Assembly: GCF_006345805.1 (NCBI RefSeq)
Contig: NC_042998.1
Location: 17,546,001 to 17,610,000, forward strand
Direction of reading: 5' to 3'
Source: Octopus sinensis
Taxonomy: Eukaryota
Length of the DNA stretch: 64,000 nucleotides
The notes beneath the pieces were generated by a model. That model was not told where the DNA came from, did no database searches, and was given only the letters and a program-made list of their open reading frames with translations. A program made the translations under genes and the position numbers. Positions 1-14,789 of this stretch are shown in pieces (the first letter of the stretch is position 1; each line of letters starts with the position of its first letter).

Positions 1-1042
1 TAGTTATGCAATATAAAAGATATAGTAAATATATTAGGCTTTACATATAAATATGTAAGTAATTTATTTTACGCAGTTTTCCTTTACTAACAGGAAATGA
101 TTCATATACAGCAATCAATTGCAAGATAACAGCAGGCATTTCACATTTTGTCTGGTGATTGAAATTCTACAAATTGTATTCATTATATTCTTAGTAAATT
201 GTATTTGCACTCAACATTTTATAACCTGACGCAAATTAATCTTTGTGAAATATCATATCGTTCCATTATTGGTTAATGTATGTTTATAACTGACGTTAGA
301 TGAAGACATGCAATTCAGCAATTCGAATATTGGCATATTTAAAATGGATGCCGATCATTCATTGCTATGGAATAATTGTCATTAACGAACATGTCATTTA
401 CATATTTCATGTGTTCCTGCCTTACGCTTACACGGGCATACATAAATATGCATATGTGTATACACACACACATACACATATATGCGTATGCGTATGATAT
501 ACACATATATACATAGAATATCCATGCATACACACACATGGGTGCATATGCACGCACACACATATATTGATTAATGCAATTTGAAAAAGACATAAAGATT
601 ATTATGTGTACATGCGGGTGTAATAAATTGCAAAGAGTAATTGGTGTAGTTAAACTGATATTTAGGAGGGATCTCACTGTATGAAGGCGACTATTGATTG
701 GATATGTCATGTTGATTATGCCATTAATATTTATTGATACAAGATATTGAAACCTTAGAAGAAAGACATATGTACATAATACATTAACAACTGATAATAC
801 CCATCTGATATTTCAGGACACTTTACTAAATTACTTGCAGCCCATTCTTATACACCAATAATATAGGAACTTCAATAAATTGCATTAAGATTTGTAGTAT
901 ATAACAATTACTTACCTAGAAACTGTAATCGCCTTTGCAGTATAGCTTTATATAGTAAGATTTATTTCTTTGCACATCTTTATTTTTAATGCCAATTCAT
1001 TTTTAATGAAAACTTTATATGTATATGCATGGGCAACCAGTT

Positions 1043-1085
<43 letters not shown>

Positions 1086-1086
<1 letters not shown>

Positions 1087-1306
1087 GCTGGCAGAAACGT
1101 TAGCATGTCGGGCGAAATGCTTAGCGGTATTCCGGCTGCCGTTACGTTGTGAGTTCAAATTCCGCCGAGGTTGACTTTGCCTTTCATCCTTTCGGGGTCG
1201 ATAAATTAAGTACCAGTTACGCACTGGAGTCGATGTAATCGACTTAATACCTATGTATGTCCTTGTTTGTCCCCTCTATGTTTAGCCCCTTGTGGGCAAT
1301 AAAGAA
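1086..1306 (+). mobile_element. tRNA-derived SINE, family A
   Basis: AGCTGGCAGAAACGTTAGC head, B-box-like GAGTTCAAATTCC, core GACTTTGCCTTTCATCCTTTCGGGGTCGATAAATTAAGTACCAG. About nine related copies lie in this window. Confidence 0.85.
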
Positions 1307-1326
1307 ATATATATATATATAAATAA

Positions 1327-1360
<34 letters not shown>

Positions 1361-1994
1361 GTATGTATTATGTATGTATGTATGTATGTATGTATGTATG
1401 TATGTATGTATGTATGTATGTATGTGTATGTATTCGTGTGTGTGTTTTTCTCTGTTTGTATGTGTGTGTGTGTGTGTGTATGTGTGTGTCTTTGTGTGCG
1501 TCTTTGTATGCATGGATTCAAAAGAAACAGCATTATAGGTGCATGAAGTTTGATTTCGTCATATTTTCAGCAAACGCAATTGCGTTCGCATCACTAGTTT
1601 GCAAAGAGCGTAATGAAGTTTCCCTGATTCTATATGCTAGGCAAGTCTTTCACTATAGGAATGTTTTTCTCAATAACTCTATGTAGAGTTTAATAACCAA
1701 ATGTATAGAAAAATATGATCAATAAATAAAAATGACTACTTCACGTACAAAGACGGATATGAGAAGACAAATGAAACACATTTCAGAACGATATAAAAAC
1801 AAATACATTAATATACATACGGAGTCCTCTTTCGGTCAAGATTGATCTAGACATGTCTGCACGGAGCGGCGGAACATTTTTTTGTTTCGTGGAATTCTTG
1901 CAGTTGCTCATTCGTTTTGCTCTCCTCTTTTTACGCCAATGTTGCATAAGCATCACATCATGCTGATTTCTACAGCTGAAGGACAATCATTTGA

Positions 1995-2310
1995 TTGTCA
2001 TCAGGGTTCTTGACCGCTTGAGACAGTTTTGTATCGTCAGCGCAGCTGGTGAAAGTGGTTGACTGTACGACTGACGGCATGTCTGAAAGCTCCACAACAA
2101 ACAACAGTGGTCGCACTTGAGTTCACTGAGGAACTCCGCTGCGGATTGATATCTCTCCAGGGAGAGTATCATTGGCTGCAACTACTTGACATATGTCGTG
2201 CAGACATTCTCCCAATTTTCCATTGATACCAAGGTCACGTAGTGTATGATATATCATCCCATGATCAACTTTGTCAAAGGTATTGGCAAAGTGGAGATAT
2301 ATCACATGAG
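1995..2310 (-). mobile_element. CR1/L2-like LINE RT fragment (near-identical to 4910-5220)
   Basis: Translates to VIYLHFANTFDKVDHGMIYHTLRDLGINGKLGECLHD...SGVPQ, an RT domain signature. Confidence 0.8.
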
Positions 2311-2793
2311 AATATATATACAGAAACGCAGAAAGGACGGTCATATTTACAGAAATGGAATTCCTCACACTTTGAAGTAAATAGACTATAACCAGTTATC
2401 TCAATAAAGTCCCATACATCTTTAGGAATTTGGTGCCAAAATATTTCGGTCCCATTAAGATGCGTAGATGTCTACATAGCAATCTTGTCAATTTCCCTGC
2501 CAAAATCTGTAACTTAAATGAATATAGTAACATTTTTTCAGAGGATTACCTCTATTATGAAACGTAGAAATCAACCGAGCTACAAACAGTATATAATTGG
2601 TTTTCATAGTAAAGTCCTTCAAAAACAGAACTTTTGATACATTCAATGGTGACGAAACACAGCTCAAAATATTATTCCGCTGATAAAAGTTTCAGTCGGT
2701 AGTAAGATGTTAACATTCACAGGTATGTTGTGGACATTCGAGAAGACAGGCTGATAGCTTCGCCTATATATCTCACCCATATACATATATATA

Positions 2794-2918
<125 letters not shown>

Positions 2919-2995
2919 TCGTTTTGCAGGAGTCATGATGTGAATTCATGTGTTGAAACAGATATTGTTGTATTTGGGGACGATCAAATTTAGAC

Positions 2996-4245
2996 AATGA
3001 AAACACACGCACTATATATTTGGTGTTCACTTGCTTCTGCTTTATTTCATATTCATTTTGTTTCGACTAGAGTTCTTTCGTCACACTTCGGTGACCTCAT
3101 CAGTGGCCCTTTGCTTTGCTTCCTTTTTTCGTTTTTTGTGTCTCTCCTTCCTAACGACCTGCCATTTTTTATTCCTGTTGTATGTGTCTTTATTTTACGC
3201 ATTCGAATATCCGTGTGTCTATGCTTAGTAAGAATCTCCTGTTTATTCATGATCATTTAATTTTATTTTATTAATTTGTTTTTATCTACTTATTTTTCAT
3301 TTCACATTTTTTGTATTAATTTAATTTAGTTTTTTTTTCACTATTTTTGTTTATGTATTTAATTATTTAATTCCATTTATTTACCTGTCTATTTTATTTG
3401 TTTCATGTTATTATTAGTTTATGGGGATCTTAATCTGTCATAGGTTATGATGTGATTAGGTTGGGGTGCTAGTGTTCCATTCTGGTTTTCATTTTAGGCT
3501 AGGTTGATCTCCTATGATGTGTACAGCTTCCGTAATTTGTCTAAGCGTTGTGTCCGTTCTATGTGTGGACAGGATTTTAACTTCTATGTTGTTGAGTGAG
3601 CCTCGGTGTTCCACCTCTGCGAACTGGTATTGAACAGATGAGCTCTTCTCTTCCTGAAGTTCTCTCCAATGCTCACTTATCCGCTCTCTTATGCTCAGTG
3701 CTGTCTCCCCTTCGTTCGTCGTTGTCTTGTTTCTACACCGTTCCTCTGTACATCTTATTCTATAGACTACATTCCTAACTTTACAGTTTGTTTGTGGTCT
3801 AAATCTACATACAACACAGTTCGTATCAGTACAAGGAATCTTATAAAAAGAGTAGGTTTTACCGATTAGTGATTTGATATGGTTACCTAGCCATAGGTAA
3901 ATTAATTCTTAGCCTAAGCTTGTCTAGGGCCCTTCTAAATCGGTACACCAGTTCGCCTCTAGGGGTGATGTCGACGTACATGTCACTCTGGTATTTGTGG
4001 CTCCCATACCTTGAGTTGGCCTTCCCTATTTTCTTCTTAGCCGTTTCAATGGTATTCCATGACTTGCAACTACTGATCGGACAAATTCCATTCCTATCGT
4101 TGTGTATGATAGTTTCAAACATCCTCATGGCTCCTTTATATACTCTGCTCCTTTCTCTATGGTTGTATCCTGAGAACTGCATGCGGTGAACAAATTGTTG
4201 TATGTATCTCTTTACTGCACGTGGTGAAAGAAGACGCATACGGTG
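2996..4245 (-). mobile_element. Decayed Penelope-like element: RT thumb, C-terminal GIY-YIG endonuclease, 3' pLTR
   Basis: 3883-4215 gives FVHRMQFSGY...MYVDITPRGEL. About 3470-3785 gives CKVRNVVYRIRC...GETALSIRERISEH...RQITEAVHI...PSLK*KPEW, a GIY-YIG pattern. Confidence 0.8.
3065..3109 (-). ncRNA. Hammerhead ribozyme motif in PLE 3' region
   Basis: Minus strand reads GGCCA-CTGATGA-G-GTCAC cgaagt GTGAC-GAAA-GaaCTC-TAGTC. Core is intact, stem II is a perfect 5 bp, and stem I has one mismatch. Confidence 0.6.
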
Positions 4246-4419
4246 AAAGAGACACCGCATGCATTTCTCAGGATACAGCCATAGAGAAAGGAACAGATGC
4301 GTTAGAAAGGAGAATCTCTTGGACAGGAGGCTATACGAATCTGGTGGCGCTTGCTCAGTATATTTGGCATTATTCAGTTCCGTTCAGTTCGGTTGTTGGT
4401 ATAGTTTATAATACCCCCT

Positions 4420-5620
4420 CCTTCGCCTTCTCTCTAAGGAGTAGAGTTTTAGTTCTTGCAGCCGCTACTAGTATCTCATCTGTTTCAGTGAGTTAATACT
4501 ATTTGAGCACTTGCACTGGACTGTCTCAAGTTCCACTACGAGTTTCATGCTCTACGGTGACCACAGTTGGGGGCAGTAACGCAGAAGACTGAGGAAAATA
4601 TCCTTCATAGGAGTAGGAACGTATCCTTATTTCTGGTTCTGAATGGTCAAGGTTTTCATCCAGCAACTCGCCTGTACAATGTTGCTATCTTGGCAATATG
4701 CACATGGAATGTTGCATTACTATTCATTTGGATTCTCAGATCACGACCGATTCTAACTCTAGGATTGCTTTGCCCATTGGTCCTATGGATACCGATTGTA
4801 GTCCGTTTCTGATAGCAGAGTGCTTGAAACTAATCAATGTTGAACTTCATGGTATTTTCAACAGCATATTTGTATATTGCATGCAAGTCATTTTAGAGTT
4901 TTACTACGTGATCAGGGTTCTTGACCGCTTGAGACAGTTTTGTATCGTCAGCGCAGCTGGTAAAAGTGGTTGGCTGTACGACTGACGGCATGTCTGAAAG
5001 CTCCACAACAAACAATAGTGGTCGCACTTGAGTTCACTGAGGAACTCCGCTGCGAATTGATATCTCTCCAGGGAGAGTATCATTGGCTGCAACTACTTGA
5101 CATATGTCGTGCAGACATTCTCCCAATTTTCCATTGATACCAAGATCACGTAGTGTATGATATATCATCCCATGATCAACTTTGTCAAAGGTATTGGCAA
5201 AGTGGAAATATATCACATCCACATTTGAATGATTGAGCTGTTGTTTCAGCAGCCAATCATAATGTAGTTCCTCTTTGAGGTAGCTCCTCCTTGGGTGGAA
5301 AACATTGTATGTTTGTGAGCAAGTTATTCTTTTCCAGGACTGTGATCTGCCTCGTTCTGACATACACTGTATGACTTTGCTAGCATGGGAAGTCAGAGAG
5401 AAAGAATCTGTAATAATAAGCGTTTGCTCTGCTTCCTCCTTTATGGATAGGAAATATGATATGCTCACTTAACAGTTTGGGAAGTTTACCACATGCAAGG
5501 AAGCTTTGAAAAAGTTCTGCAGTGGTTTTGCAATAGCATTCTTGCAAGATTTTAGAAGAACAAACGGAAATGCATCTGGGCCCATTGCTGAGATTCAACA
5601 CATCTCATCAATGATGTTAC
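4420..5620 (-). mobile_element. Decayed CR1/L2-like LINE ORF2 fragment
   Basis: Frameshifted translation: IFPIHKGGSRANAYYYR...SLTSH...FDKVDHG...SGVPQ...NDLHAIYKYAVENTMKFN...RLQELKLYSLERRR. Confidence 0.85.
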
Positions 5621-6349
5621 ATTATTACATATTCCACTTTTATGTCGATGTAATTGATGGTTGAACTTTTCCCATATATGTCTATATTTATAGATAGAGA
5701 CAGGTAGGTAGGTAGTTAGGTAACTAGGTAGATAGATAGATAGATAGATAGATAGGTAGGTAGGTAGGTAGGTAGGTAGGTAGGTTGATAGGTAGGGAAG
5801 GAGATAGGGAGGTAGGAAGGAAGGTAGGTAAGTAGACAGATGCATACATTCATACATACATACCTACATATTTGGCACATCGTTAAAAATGACATTTATA
5901 CAGGAGCAAAGACAATTGAAATTGGAAATATTTGACAACTACTTTAGCATGTATTTCAGATATAATGGAACATTTAGAAGCTATTTGCAGTCAGTATTTG
6001 AATTATCTTGGTAATGTGTATTATATTTATGCATCGATTTGGATTTACTTTATTACTAAATACAAAAAAAGAAAAGAATTATCTTAATAGAATATAGTCT
6101 TCATGTGTCCAATTATTCATTTGAGTACATTTATAACCATTTGTTTCATTTCGGTTGTTTTTGATTCAGTGCTGTGCAAATGGTGCTTAGTTAAATAACA
6201 TTATGAATATAATGCATCGTATATATATGTCTGTGTGTGTGTACAGAGAGAGATATATATACACACAGAGTATGAGAAGCAGTTTATGAGAGAGAGGGAA
6301 ATAAGAAATGGATAGATAGGTGGGGAGATAGAGATAATTTGGTAGATGA

Positions 6350-6476
<127 letters not shown>

Positions 6477-6563
6477 TTCTATTTACTTTAATAAAACGTC
6501 ATATTTGTTTATACAGTGTTTACTTAATGACTACCGAATAAAATCAAATATACTCCGAACGTA

Positions 6564-6680
6564 AATTTTGGCGCACATAGTAAAAGAAGATAATATCATG
6601 TGAAGCACGTTGGCGAATATCATGTGAATTTTGGCGCACATAATAAAAGAAGATAATATCATGTGAAGCACGTTGGCGAG
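6564..6680. repeat. Short tandem duplication (~63 bp period)
   Basis: AATTTTGGCGCACATA(G/A)TAAAAGAAGATAATATCATGTGAAGCACGTTGGCGA occurs twice. Confidence 0.9.
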
Positions 6681-7228
6681 TACTTCACTCAAATACTATA
6701 TTTGATTCTATACAAAGGAAGATGTATGTTCAACTGCAATGATATACGGAGAAATTTAAACGAAATTCTGAACAGAATGTTGACACTTTTTTAACGCTTT
6801 ATATTTGTTTTAATGAGTTTAATCATCTGACGATAACAGTTTTAAATAATCATTTTAAGTGTTTAATGTTTCAACATTGGGCAACTGCGATTGAGAAAAC
6901 CTATTACTGCCAATGCTATATAACCTTCTATCCTAGCGAATGTTTTGTTTCATATAGGGTGAAATATGAGGAAGAGTTAGCCGTTATCTCCAGATCACAT
7001 TATGAATTAGATCTTTACGTCAAGGTCTCTGTATAAAGATATGTTTCTATATGGTATATTCTAACAAACACCAAATGTTTTTGTCGTCACATTTCCTTTT
7101 ATTTACGATATAATTGTGAATTTGGAAATGAAAGTTTAGACTGACGTTATTTGCGGACATTTGTGATGCGTAGTTATATGAAGAGCCCGTCGTAAATTTC
7201 CCTGATTAATATCTTGTCATTACATGGC

Positions 7229-7440
7229 TGCGAGCTGGAAGAATCCCTATCGAGCGGGATGAAATGCTTAGGGGCAATTCAACCATCTATCCGTATAGTG
7301 TTCAAATTACACCAAGGTTGACTTTGCCTTTTATCCTTTCGGGGGACAATGAAATAAGTTCCAGTCGATCACTGGTACTTATGTAATAGACTCCCCTCCA
7401 CACACACATATTTCCGGCCTTGTGCCTATTGTAGAAAAGA
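7229..7440 (+). mobile_element. Diverged SINE family A copy
   Basis: Aligns by eye to 1086-1306 (GAGCTGG...GTTCAAATT...GTTGACTTTGCCTTT). Confidence 0.75.
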
Positions 7441-7732
7441 ATATCATGTCATTGTAATATACCATACTACTGCTAAACATAAAATCATATAACGGCTAAA
7501 ATGTTACTATTGTAAGTAACAGTGTGAAATAAATACTTGCAATGAATATTTTGCGGTTATGACCTTAGAAAATCACACTAGAAGTGCTTTCACATCAACA
7601 CATTTATTGAGGAAAGGCCAACATACTATGGAACTCGTCAAGGTATGCAGGCGTCTTTCTTTTTCCAGTCATGAAAAAGAGCAGATTAGAGTGCGTTTAC
7701 ATTTCATCTCTTGTCAGTCTCAGAGTTCTTAA

Positions 7733-7935
7733 AGGCGGTGACCAGGCGGAATCGTTAGCACTCCGGGAAAAGTGCCTGGCGGCATTTCGTCCGTCTTAAC
7801 GTCTTTGGTTCAATTCCGCCGAGATCTACTCTGCCTCTCATCATTTCGGGGTCGATGAAAGAAGTATCAGTTGAACACGATTTACTTTACCCCTCCTACA
7901 ATGTTGTTGGCTTTGTGCCAAAATTTGTAACCAAT
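7733..7935 (+). mobile_element. Diverged SINE family A copy
   Basis: GGCGGAATCGTTAGCAC...GTTCAATTCCGCCGAG...TTTCGGGGTCGAT. Confidence 0.7.
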
Positions 7936-9026
7936 CCCACCATACTTACATTTTTTTTTTATCATGGCCGCAACTCCTCCGCCATTTTCATTTCTAATTC
8001 TTTAGAGACGATATGTATGTTCACAGGTATGAGTTTCTTTTATCAATATCCAGGATGCATTTTCGTATGTATGTTCTTATCCATGCAAGAATCTATGCGA
8101 TTTAGTTTTACGTGACCTTAGTTATTTCGAAGTTATTAAAAAGGTTTCGGTTCTACATAGTCTAACGAAGTTATATGTGTACAAGTATAGCCATCTACTG
8201 AATATGTGTTACCCAACCCAGTTCGTTTTAGTGTTCCTTTATATCTATTATCTTTCGTCTCGCTACATTGTTATACATATCAACATATTGATGGAGCAAA
8301 TATTGAAATCGCTGTAAATATTTTAAGTATATGGCTTTAAGACAATTTTACGGGTATCTAATATCAGACAGGAATGAATAGAGCAAACTTAGTTTTGTAG
8401 GCAGGTTGTGCTGAACGTCATTGTGATTCAATGTGTGTTCATTTCATAAATTTGGAATAAATCAGTAACAAGCTGATATACAACCAAATTTCAGACATAC
8501 TTATACATATTTATATATGTGTACTTGTGCCTGTGTGTTTGAATGTATATATACATGAAATGTGTGTGATGACCATAATGAATTGCTATCTTTCCATTGT
8601 GGTTACAGCTAAGCATACAATTATTTAACAAATATATTCTCTCATAAACCAATTAAAATCAACACTATTTAGAAATATAATATAATTATATTTTCCCGTG
8701 AATGAATGCTAACAATTGTTTCTCATTTGCATGGGAACATAGTCTGTCAATTATTTTATATTATTATTATTTGAGAATATTATGATAACAATATTAATAA
8801 TAACATGGAGATGAATGTCAAGAAGAGCAACAACATTAGCAATGATGAATATGTAATAAATACATATACGTACACATTCATACACTACACACACACACAA
8901 ACACACACACACAAATACACACACACAAACACTCACACACAAACACACACACATGTATATAGATAGATAGATTGATAGATAGATTGATAGATAGATAGAT
9001 AGATAGATATATAGATAGATAGATAG

Positions 9027-9105
<79 letters not shown>

Positions 9106-10079
9106 TAGATATGCTTATAATTGTTCTTCATTGTATGGTCTTCGCTGCTTCCAAATTACATCATTAGATGCTCTCAAAATAATAGTCTAGACAGAGATGT
9201 AAACAACAATAGAATGTTTACTGAAGTCACAAATGCAACTGATATTTCGCAGGCTTCATGGAGCTTGAAACATTTACATAATCATTTATTTTATTCAAAG
9301 TTATTGTTAACATGCTTAATATAGAGACTATGTTTGATACCGAGATAAATCATTTTACTTCTGATTGAATATGCTCAGTTATTTAATATGCAATATAAAG
9401 CCGGTTACGAATCAGTAGGACATTTTCATATGTAGAGTTAATTCCGTAATGAATTATATTTCGCTTTGAGTGAGCATTTCTGTGTTGATATGATATTTTT
9501 ATATGTGTATGGATAGAATTATGAAGAAATTATGGATGTTCGTACGACTTATCTTTCAATATATATTAATAACCACCACAGCATCATTTATATATAACAG
9601 AGACAAAATGCTTCGGAAGAAATTATACCAAAGTGATGTGTACAATATTTCTTTACACTAAAATTAAAACTCTAAATTTCAATAACCTCAACTGATCCTT
9701 AAATTATCGCAAATTAACTTTCTCTCATATATATCGTTCTCGCGGGAATAGATGTCTTTTCATCAAAGTCTAATTCAATTAGTTATAAATATAATCAGTA
9801 TGACAGACTTGTTTAGAAGTTGTCTGGCAATGATGAATTCGCTTTGTAATTATTGTTATTTTCTACAAAGTATATCATTTAAATAATTTTGTAAATGTCT
9901 AAAAGTATCTAAATTTTCTAATTTATTTTGTTATGTATTAAACAGTGTCAGAATTTACTTTCTCACATAATAAATTTAAATCGATAGCATTCTACATCGT
10001 GTCATTGTAAGTACATGGAAGAAACGCAGCGGAATCAACAGCATGAACGAAGTATCACAATAATACTTCAAAACCTCCC

Positions 10080-11340
10080 GTCATATTTTGAGGTCACCAT
10101 ACGCCTAACATATATGTGTTGACGTAGCTCCAAGCTAATTTGTATTTGTTGCTGTTGTTGTATTATCATTGATTGCACTGTCCTTGAATGTCACTGGTAC
10201 ATTATCCTACAGTTTGAATAGAATGGCGTATCCTGGAGTGATTAAAGTAACGTTCTTGATTTGTGCAGCAACATATATGAAAGCGAATATTCTGGCCCTT
10301 TCAGTTACCTCTGCATCCATTCCAATACACATATTGTCAGCTTGTATTCTTTCTACCAATTATTTGTCAGCAACATCATCAAACTCAATGTTTGTAAATT
10401 ATCAATATATTGAAAATGGAAATTCCAGCACTATTACATTTTCCTTCCTTATTGGTATCTTTGATTAGCACCACCGGCAGCAGTACTACGTTTTAAATAG
10501 CTTTCACTGCTCAATGTTTCTCTTTTGGGTCGTAAAATTGCCTAGTGAAAATAAATTCCCAAGCACCATTTTATCAGATTTATTCCTTCAAAATAACTGA
10601 TATTCTAATTCAGTTAATTGTTCGGAAATCCGAGCTGCAGCTGACACAAATGTGCTTAACATTTCAACATCCAAATTAGGAACCAGTGTTCAAAATTATC
10701 GAGGATTTATTTGAAGTCTATGTCGTTCTGAGCAGCAGATCTGCATTTGTGTAAGTGGACGCTGCCTCGAAAACATTGTATGATTTTTACACCGTCGGAA
10801 TGAAGATACCTTACTCGACAAATACTAATGTATGCCAACGCAACCGCTGTTTACCAAAATTGGCTCAAATGCAACTCTCCAATGATTGTCATTCAGATAT
10901 TTCTACCTGTGATACAGCTTGCCTCATATTACAATTTTCCTTTAATCCTTCCAGCAAGAAATACTTTGATCAAATTATTCTTAAATGCACTTCTCTTGTT
11001 TACTTCTGCTATAGTTGCTAATTTGGATGCTGCTTTTGGTTAAGAAGAAACATACCTGGAATCGAAGCAAGCTTCATCTGATACCACACACAATCTCAGG
11101 AGTGGTTCTCTTATTATGAATTATTTACATTGCCTTTCTGCGAAACGTTGCGACTCTGAAATGATATATTTGATTGCTTCATAAACACAAACATTCAGTT
11201 GTGCAAATGGAATGCATTTCTATGCTAAAAGTGCCTATATAAGTGTCATCTTTCTTGTAGTGAAAGTTTTCAAAATATTAAGTCACGTCCATTTTCCGAA
11301 ATGTTTCGAAATTTTCTAATTTGCCACTTTTAGTGAGCAG
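10080..11340 (-). pseudogene. Unidentified decayed coding-like relic
   Basis: Microsatellite-free sequence giving protein-like stretches broken by stops, e.g. LVPNLDVEMLSTFVSAAARISEQLTELEYQLF and LVERIQADNMCIGMDAEVTERARIFAFIYVAAQ. No family recognised. Confidence 0.3.
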
Positions 11341-13499
11341 AAAGAAATGAGTTTTGTGTCCATTCATACATTTCAGTAGTGATCTTCACCTATACAAGTT
11401 AGTCTTAAACTAAAGGTCTATGCAAAAATAACACAAATGAAAAGTTCGTCATTCGTTGATTCTTCACATTTCTCACGCGTACCAAAATAGCAGAGAACAT
11501 ATAAATTGTTGTCTCAACATGAAGCACAAGTTCTTGTATACATTGTTATCGACTTACTGCAACATCAAATATCTAATTAGCAGCTTGTGGCTTACTTGAA
11601 ATTATTATCTCAAAATCATAATTAACTTATGTTATAAATATGGATGAAAATTATGAATTAATGTTTATCCTTTAGGTTGTTTATTTTCTTCTAAGAACAT
11701 AGTGACATTTGAAGTTAATAACCTGAAACTTGATATACATTTTCCTCTTGATGCAGACGTGTTATACAAATTCAATTAATAATATAAACATACCAAATCT
11801 AGTGAAGTTTGTCAGCATATATTGTATTAATCGTAGTTTTAATAATGTTTTATTAAGACTGCAATCATCTGATCTATTGAAAATTAATATCACTTTGTTT
11901 AGTTTCTATTCATGGACATTCTTATCATATATATGTTTTGTTACACATACATCATGTGCGATTTCCCATAAATATTATGAAGACGATGTACTTAATACAT
12001 GTTAAAATATCTTTCTTGATTTACATCCTTTGATATATTGTTTGGATATCTGAAATGCAAACACACACATCAATATTCATATATTTATCCTACATATGAT
12101 GAGAGTTTCGTTACCGAGACATTCATGGAAGAAAGAGCTGTGAAAATATGTAATCTCGTGATTTTCTCACTGCAAAACATTTTTTTAGAATTCTTCCAGT
12201 TGAAGCTTTTCTGTTTATGAAATTAATCATCCACTAAATGATAAGTTTATAACATATGTTTACAACTTACAGCATATATTTTAAATAAAAGTACATGTGA
12301 GTCATAATTTCTCATATTACATGCAACTAAGCTATAGCATGTTTTTTTTTACTCTATAAAATAGTACAATAATTTATATCAACAAAGTTACGCTAGATAC
12401 AGTGAAGCTCTGATAGGATTAAACGAAATCGTAATAAAGGTTTATTGATTCAGTTAATTACAGTTACAAGCTTATCATAAGACAGAATTTAATTTACTAT
12501 CCCAGAAACTTTATGGGTTTTAGGGGAAGGAAAATGACGCATTTACATTTTCAAATGTCTTAAAGTTTTCAAAAGTACATTGAGAAGAACAGCTCTCACA
12601 TTGTATTCTACGGTTTTCGTAATGAGCTACAATTAAATCGGTTTCGAATTTTGCTAAAAAATAAGTAAAATGTTTAAACTTGTTAAGTTTAGAGAATATG
12701 TTAGAAATAGATAGTGAAGTCACATTTTTTTATTTATTTCCTCCTAAAGTTTCCAGTAGAAGGTTAAATAATTATATTCCAGCCAACAGGTATTCTATTC
12801 CGCTTCATTTGTAATGGCATAAATTTAGCTATTAGAATAAATTAATTCTAATGATCTAGCATTTTTTCTAAGTATCGTGAAAAATACTGGGTGATTGGAT
12901 ATAATAAAGTGGCAATATTTTGAGAGTAGCTGTATAGAATATAATCCATTGGCACGTATTACTGCTTCTCGTTTCACAATATAGTTACAAAATTAGAGTC
13001 AAAACTAGTGTGAATTTATAATGACATTGATGAACGAATTTAAATACTGCTTATCATAAAGTCACCTTTATTATTTTTCTCCATTTATTTTGTTGTTTTG
13101 TATATTATATCCACTTAATCGCTTTAATAATAATTATTCGAATATTAAAGTTCATAGATAATTGAAGAATATTTTCAATATATATACCACGATGGCAATC
13201 GAAATTTGATTGGGGATTTGATAGCAAAATACCGTGATAATATTGAATGGATATCAGCTTATAATATATGTTATGGGTTGAAGAAGCGTATGGTCAATTT
13301 ATTTGTAAAAATACCAACCAAACGACCTTGAAATTAAGTCTTACCTCCATGGAATAAAAACAAGGACACAATGCGAGAGATATTTATGAACATATTAAAC
13401 AAAACAACCCTAATGTAGCAAAAGCCATATGTATTTTAGTAAGAATTTGTGCACATTTTTTCGATAAACTTCCTTGTATGATCATTATATGAGTCCTCG

Positions 13500-14370
13500 T
13501 TCAGCTTCGATGACTGCTTCACTGCAGAACTGGAGTAGGTGACATTCTTGCACTAAATGGCCCGTATTCAATTCGGCCATCACCTGTACAATAAAGGCTA
13601 CCCATTAAACTTCCATTAAGAAGCAGGCTAAACATAGTTTCCATGGAATTTAAATCTTGCCACTCTGGAAGCACTATATCTGGTGATACATGTTCGCAAA
13701 TACTGTGAAATTCTCTGTGACATCCTTTGTGAGAAGGTACTGAGCCTTGCGAAGGCAGGTATTGTCTTTGATTTAGAATTTTATTCATCTAGGACTTAAT
13801 AACGTATCTTACATTAATTCTAAGTCTCAGTGGAGAGATATGGAATGGCATTATAGACTTTAAATTCTCACCACTCATAAAATCATTACAGCCGCTTAAA
13901 ATTTAGCTTGCTTCACCTGGAGACATGGCAAAAGTTTGTACATATTCCATGTTAGACGTTTGGTCTTGGTCGAATTTTTTGTGATGAGAGAAGAATCAAA
14001 GGATGACATTTTCGTAAATGCTTTTGAACTTGATTTGTATTCGCTTCGGATGGACCCGTTTGTCTCTGAAGACTTGAAATTGTCTATCCTCAGTACATTG
14101 TCTTCTATTAAATGTTCTGGTGCATCACTGTACTGATAATTTATTTCGACACTTAAAGTTGTCTAGTGTTGGCCGCATTGATCTTCTGAGATATTCACCG
14201 TTAACAGTTTAAATCCGTTTCAGAAACTGCAGCGTATCTATATTGCCAAACTGTTAGAATGTTTTTCCTTTTGAGTATTTCCACCAGAGACCTCTAGCTC
14301 AATCCGAAATTTCTGTACAAAAGATCTTTAAAAAATTGACAGTTTCTAAAACACCGTACTCTGCTCATAT
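13500..14370 (-). pseudogene. Unidentified decayed coding-like relic
   Basis: Begins MSRVRCFRNCQFFKDLLYRNF and includes the 89-aa ORF ...HREFHSICEHVSPDIVLPEW...GSLYCTGDGRIEYGP. Stops and frameshifts intervene. Confidence 0.3.
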
Positions 14371-14789
14371 GGCAATGATGACGGTCCGTTTTTCTCTTTT
14401 TGTTTTCATTACTTGTGTAAGAATTTTATTTGCCACGAAGGACCTCAAAGAGAGAAAGGAAATTTATACTTAGTTTGAAAAGAATAATACACGGATAATT
14501 AAGTGTTCTCAAATAACACTCGCACACTTTATAATTCAGGACAACAGACATAGACTTAGACATTATTGTAATGGCTGAAATGTTTTCCATTGTATATCTG
14601 TTCCTTGAAAACTGACATGTGTAAGGACAAAAGTAATAATGGAATACATAATCAGACATTATAACTTATGCTTTCAGGTAAAACTTAAGCATTAATATTA
14701 ACGATAGTATCAAGTTAACACAGGATCAAAAGGCCTCAACACTCGAGTGTACGCGAAATATGTTGTTGATATAACTAGAACCAGTCTAT

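Noticed and set aside
2670-2730. Hammerhead-like CTGTGA...GAAAC on the minus strand
   Set aside because: Core is incomplete and there is no credible stem I or stem III pairing.
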